Shown piece by piece: positions 61,373-64,000 of a stretch of DNA of 64,000 bases. The notes under the pieces were generated by a model. It saw only the letters and a program-made list of their open reading frames with translations, did not search any database and was not told where the DNA came from. The DNA comes from Acidimicrobiia bacterium (GTDB taxonomy: Bacteria; Actinomycetota; Acidimicrobiia; Spongiisociales; UBA5794). A program made the translations under genes and the position numbers. Location of the stretch: positions 2,860-66,859 of the forward strand of contig DATHZQ010000014.1 of the NCBI GenBank assembly GCA_035458525.1, in the 5' to 3' direction. Position 1 is the first letter of the stretch; the number at the start of each line of letters is the position of its first letter.

Positions 61373-62164
61373 TCACACACAGCGCCCCTCGCTGACTCCT
61401 CGTTGACACATCCGCGTCGCCTCCACCGCCATGAGCGAGAAGGCCTCGCCCGAGTCGGTGGGTTGGCCGAAGACGTGGAGCCGGATTCCGCCCTCGCTGT
61501 CGTCACCGAGCCCGGTGACGTCGTAGGTGACCTCGCCGAGATCGCCGACGGTCGGCGCAACGGACACGACGACCTCGGAGCCGACGTCCACGTCGGCGAA
61601 TACTTCCGCAACCTGCAACCCGAGCTCGAGCATGGTCTCGGCCGTCGGAATCTGCCCCATCTGCGCAACCACGAAACTCGTGATGTCGTCGACGTCGCTG
61701 AGCCGCGACATGAACTGCTGGTTGATCCAGCCTTCGACACCACCGGCATCGATTTGCCACCACACAGCACCAGACGGAAGCTGCCAGCCCTCGCCGGTTC
61801 CGGAGATGCCGGTCTGCGTCGGGTCCAAGGTCGTCACTACATCGAAGGAGACATTGGGACCCGAGCGCACGTTCAACACATCGTCGAACTGGACGCCGAC
61901 GACACCGAGGATCGGACCTTCTTCGGGAACGGGGACCCAGAAGTCGTACGGTTCGCCTTCGACCCCCGCCCACGTGGTGGTGGTCGCCTCGGTCGTCGTG
62001 GTCGTAGCTGCCGTGGTTGTCGGCGCAGCAGTCGATGTCGTCGTGGCAGAGCTCGTCGAGGTCGCTGCGGGGGGCTCGGACTCGGTCGTCGATGACGCAT
62101 CGTCGCCACCGCACCCCGCGAGCACGAGCACGACCAGCAGCAGGGCTGCAAGTGAGTATCGCAT
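61373..62164 (-). CDS. Lipoprotein with Thr/Ala-rich linker and SH3b-like domain
   Basis: ATG 62164 (MRYSLAALLLVVLVLAGCGGDD, lipobox). TTESEPPAATSTSSATTTSTAAPTTTAATTTTTEATTT linker. ...LNVRSGPNVSFDVV...GWQLPSGAVWWQIDAGGVEGWINQQFM resembles bacterial SH3. Confidence 0.55.
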   Translation of the reverse strand: MRYSLAALLLVVLVLAGCGGDDASSTTESEPPAATSTSSATTTSTAAPTTTAATTTTTEATTTTWAGVEGEPYDFWVPVPEEGPILGVVGVQFDDVLNVRSGPNVSFDVVTTLDPTQTGISGTGEGWQLPSGAVWWQIDAGGVEGWINQQFMSRLSDVDDITSFVVAQMGQIPTAETMLELGLQVAEVFADVDVGSEVVVSVAPTVGDLGEVTYDVTGLGDDSEGGIRLHVFGQPTDSGEAFSLMAVEATRMCQRGVSEGRCV

Positions 62165-62249
62165 GTGGTCTCCTGACGTCCTTGAAGTCATCGTCGAACG
62201 TACGTACCGACCGGGCCAGGGCCTTCCGGCACCGCAACCGAGGAGATCT

Positions 62250-63311
62250 TCACGCACCGACCCCGATGACGAAGGCGCCGACATGTCGTTTCTCGACGAA
62301 CGCCTCCTGGGCGGCCGGAAGCTCGGACAGCGGGAACGTGCGAGCCACCACGGGTCTTATCTCGCTTCGTTCGATGTAGCCGACCAAATTGGCGAACACC
62401 TCGGGAGGGAGCACGGTGCATCCGTGCATGGTCAAGTCGTGGAGGTAGAGCGTCCGCAGGTCGAGCCGGACGATGGGCCCGGCTATCGCCCCCGCCGCGG
62501 TGTAATGCCCGCCCCGACGCACCGTCTCGAGGAGCGAGGCGAAACCGTTCCCGCCCACGACGTCGGCGAAGACGTCGACGCCGCCGGTGGCGTCGAGCAC
62601 GGCGGCAGCCACGTCGGGCCGCGAGCGATCGAGAACCACTTCGGCGCCGATCGCGCTGACCTCACCGATCTTTGCGGCGCTCGTCAGCGCCACGACCCGG
62701 GCGCCACGGCGTCTCGCCAGCTGGATCAGCCCGCCTCCGACGCCACCCGATGCGCCGGTCACGAGTACCCACTGTCCCTCGCGCACGCCGGCCCGGTGCA
62801 GCATGTGTTCGGCTGTCGCATACGAGCAGGGGAAGCTGGCGAGTTCCACGTCGGACAAGTCCGTGGTGATCGGGTGCGCGTTCGCTGCCGGGACCACGAC
62901 GAACTCGGCGTAGCCGCCGTCGATCTCCGAGCCGAGGTAGCGGGCGTTCTCGAGGATGCCGCTGGGGTCACGGAGCCAGGCGTCGACGAGAACCCGCTGC
63001 CCGAGGCGCGCGGGGTCGACGTTGGTGCCGACGGCGGCGATCCGGCCGGCGGGGTCTGCCCCCTGGATCCGCGGGAAGGTCAATCCTCCTCCCCACGATC
63101 CGTCGACGTCGCCGTCGGTTGCCTCCGCACCGGTGGCGGTCGTGACCGTCTTGGCGTACCAGCCGGTGCGGGTGTTGATGTCGGTGTTGTTCATCCCGCA
63201 GGCGGCCACCTCGATGACGACCTCGTCAGGACCCGGTGATCGCACCGGCACGTCGTCCCGATACTGCAGCTTGTCCAGTCCGCCGTGACCAGTCAGCAGC
63301 ACCGCTCGCAT
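62250..63311 (-). CDS. MDR-family NAD(P)H quinone oxidoreductase / Zn-independent alcohol dehydrogenase-like
   Basis: ATG 63311 (MRAVLLTGHGGLDKLQYRDDVPVRSPGPDEVVIEVAACGMNNTDIN...). Rossmann segment VLVTGASGGVGGGLIQLA. 353 aa. Confidence 0.8.
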   Translation of the reverse strand: MRAVLLTGHGGLDKLQYRDDVPVRSPGPDEVVIEVAACGMNNTDINTRTGWYAKTVTTATGAEATDGDVDGSWGGGLTFPRIQGADPAGRIAAVGTNVDPARLGQRVLVDAWLRDPSGILENARYLGSEIDGGYAEFVVVPAANAHPITTDLSDVELASFPCSYATAEHMLHRAGVREGQWVLVTGASGGVGGGLIQLARRRGARVVALTSAAKIGEVSAIGAEVVLDRSRPDVAAAVLDATGGVDVFADVVGGNGFASLLETVRRGGHYTAAGAIAGPIVRLDLRTLYLHDLTMHGCTVLPPEVFANLVGYIERSEIRPVVARTFPLSELPAAQEAFVEKRHVGAFVIGVGA

Positions 63312-63473
63312 TGTTCGGGGAAGCCCTTCTGGCATCAGACCGACTCTAGGTCGTTGTTTCGTGGCTGCCGCATCACGTCTGATGTGATGTATCGCGGCGG
63401 CTTCGCTCCGGAGTCGCAAACAGATGTCTGGTAGATGCGAATGATCCGAACGTCCGTACCGGCCGATTCGAAG

Positions 63474-64000
63474 CTACAGGATCACCTGGCCGAACCATCC
63501 CATCGCCAGGGCTCCAGCGAACAGCAACGCGACCACCAATCCGACGACGCGGACACGGGCGATCACGAACAATCCCGAGATCGAGCCGATGCTGGCGCCG
63601 GCGCCGGTGACGAGGAACGCCAAGGCCGGTCCAGGCCCCATCCCGCCATCCATGAGTGTTGCCACGAGCGGCAGCGACGCTTCCGTGTTGATGTAGGCGG
63701 GTATTCCGAGGAGGGCCGCAAGCGGCACGGCGAGCATCGAGTCGCCGCCGAGATAGTCCGTGAGCCAAGCCGTCGGAATGGCGTCGATGGCGAGGTAGCC
63801 AACTGCAGTGAACCCGAAGAAGAACACGAGCAGTTTGCGGCCCACGGAGAGGAGTTCAGTACCGAACTCGTCGAGCTTCCAGCGCCTGCGCAGGGTGGGC
63901 AGCTCGGCGATCGAGGCGGTGCCGGGGCCGATGCCGACGGCGGCGGGCTCGGGGAGTGAGCACGTTCCGGTGGCGCATCCTTGCTCCTCGGGCCGCATCC
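63474..64000 (-). CDS. Permease (UPF0718/ArsP-like) C-terminal half; gene probably continues beyond the right edge
   Basis: ...LLVFFFGFTAVGYLAIDAIP...LGIPAYINTEASLPLVATLMDGGMGPGPALAFLVTGAGASIGSISGLFVIA... is typical of the second repeat of these two-repeat permeases. The first Met is only 2 nt from the window end, so the true start is likely outside. Confidence 0.55.
   Translation of the reverse strand, partial: MRPEEQGCATGTCSLPEPAAVGIGPGTASIAELPTLRRRWKLDEFGTELLSVGRKLLVFFFGFTAVGYLAIDAIPTAWLTDYLGGDSMLAVPLAALLGIPAYINTEASLPLVATLMDGGMGPGPALAFLVTGAGASIGSISGLFVIARVRVVGLVVALLFAGALAMGWFGQVIL

Noticed and set aside
61990-62110. Thr/Ala-rich repetitive stretch that looked like a DNA tandem repeat
   Set aside because: It is the low-complexity linker (…TSTSSATTTSTAAPTTTAATTTTTEATTT…) of the lipoprotein gene. 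The nucleotide units are irregular, so this is not a true tandem repeat.
58023-63239. Two long plus-strand ORFs (58023-59633, 536 aa; 61527-63239, 570 aa)
   Set aside because: Both are antisense to well-supported minus-strand genes (WS/DGAT; lipoprotein plus MDR oxidoreductase) and have Arg/Gly/Asp-rich low-complexity translations.
1-64000. CRISPR arrays, rRNA or tRNA genes
   Set aside because: No regularly spaced direct repeats and no tRNA- or rRNA-like sequences were noticed in any intergenic region. Nearly all sequence is accounted for by protein-coding genes. A tRNAscan/Infernal run would be needed to be certain.

Overview
GC-rich (about two-thirds G+C by eye, not computed) actinobacterial-type chromosomal segment with roughly 55 protein-coding genes. 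I saw no rRNA, tRNA, CRISPR array, transposase or integrase. Many genes start with GTG and are coupled to their neighbours by ATGA/GTGA/TGATG overlaps. Many long ORFs in the track are antisense or 5'-extended shadow ORFs typical of high-GC DNA.

Most of the window is a catabolic supercluster for quaternary amines and related osmolytes:
- betB (4664-6118).
- Two dimethylglycine/sarcosine-oxidase-like FAD+GcvT fusion enzymes flanking a non-pyrrolysine MttB-family methyltransferase (15943-22351).
- A tightly coupled seven-gene minus-strand operon for gamma-butyrobetaine/L-carnitine breakdown (27461-35468: BBOX, BKACE, LcdH-thioesterase, CaiA-like, CaiD-like, NDP-forming CoA ligase) with a divergent IclR regulator.
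- DddP-like and DmdA-like genes.

The most unusual content is a ~9 kb block (6140-15187) wedged between betB and the demethylation genes. A stand-alone SIR2_2 protein is divergently transcribed from an operon of three genes. The first encodes a 1959-aa protein with a secreted cadherin-like repeat array, one TM helix and a cytoplasmic C-terminal STAND P-loop NTPase. The second is a NUDIX hydrolase. The third is a nucleoside-deoxyribosyltransferase-like/Macro fusion. I interpret this block as a candidate, apparently undescribed NAD+/ADP-ribose-centred conflict or signalling system. That interpretation is inference from domain content and gene order only.

Other accessory items:
- A TIR-like / coiled-coil / eroded-MBL protein whose TIR N-terminus lies upstream of any ATG/GTG/TTG, next to a SARP-type STAND-TPR regulator.
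- A DUF1704(QEGLA)/ATP-grasp/FGase trio.
- A VapBC module.
- A frameshifted tyrosinase.
- A multiply frameshifted AAC(3) pseudogene.
- An orphan E1 alpha/beta pair.

One real gene at the left edge (1-751, minus strand) is missing from the supplied ORF track.
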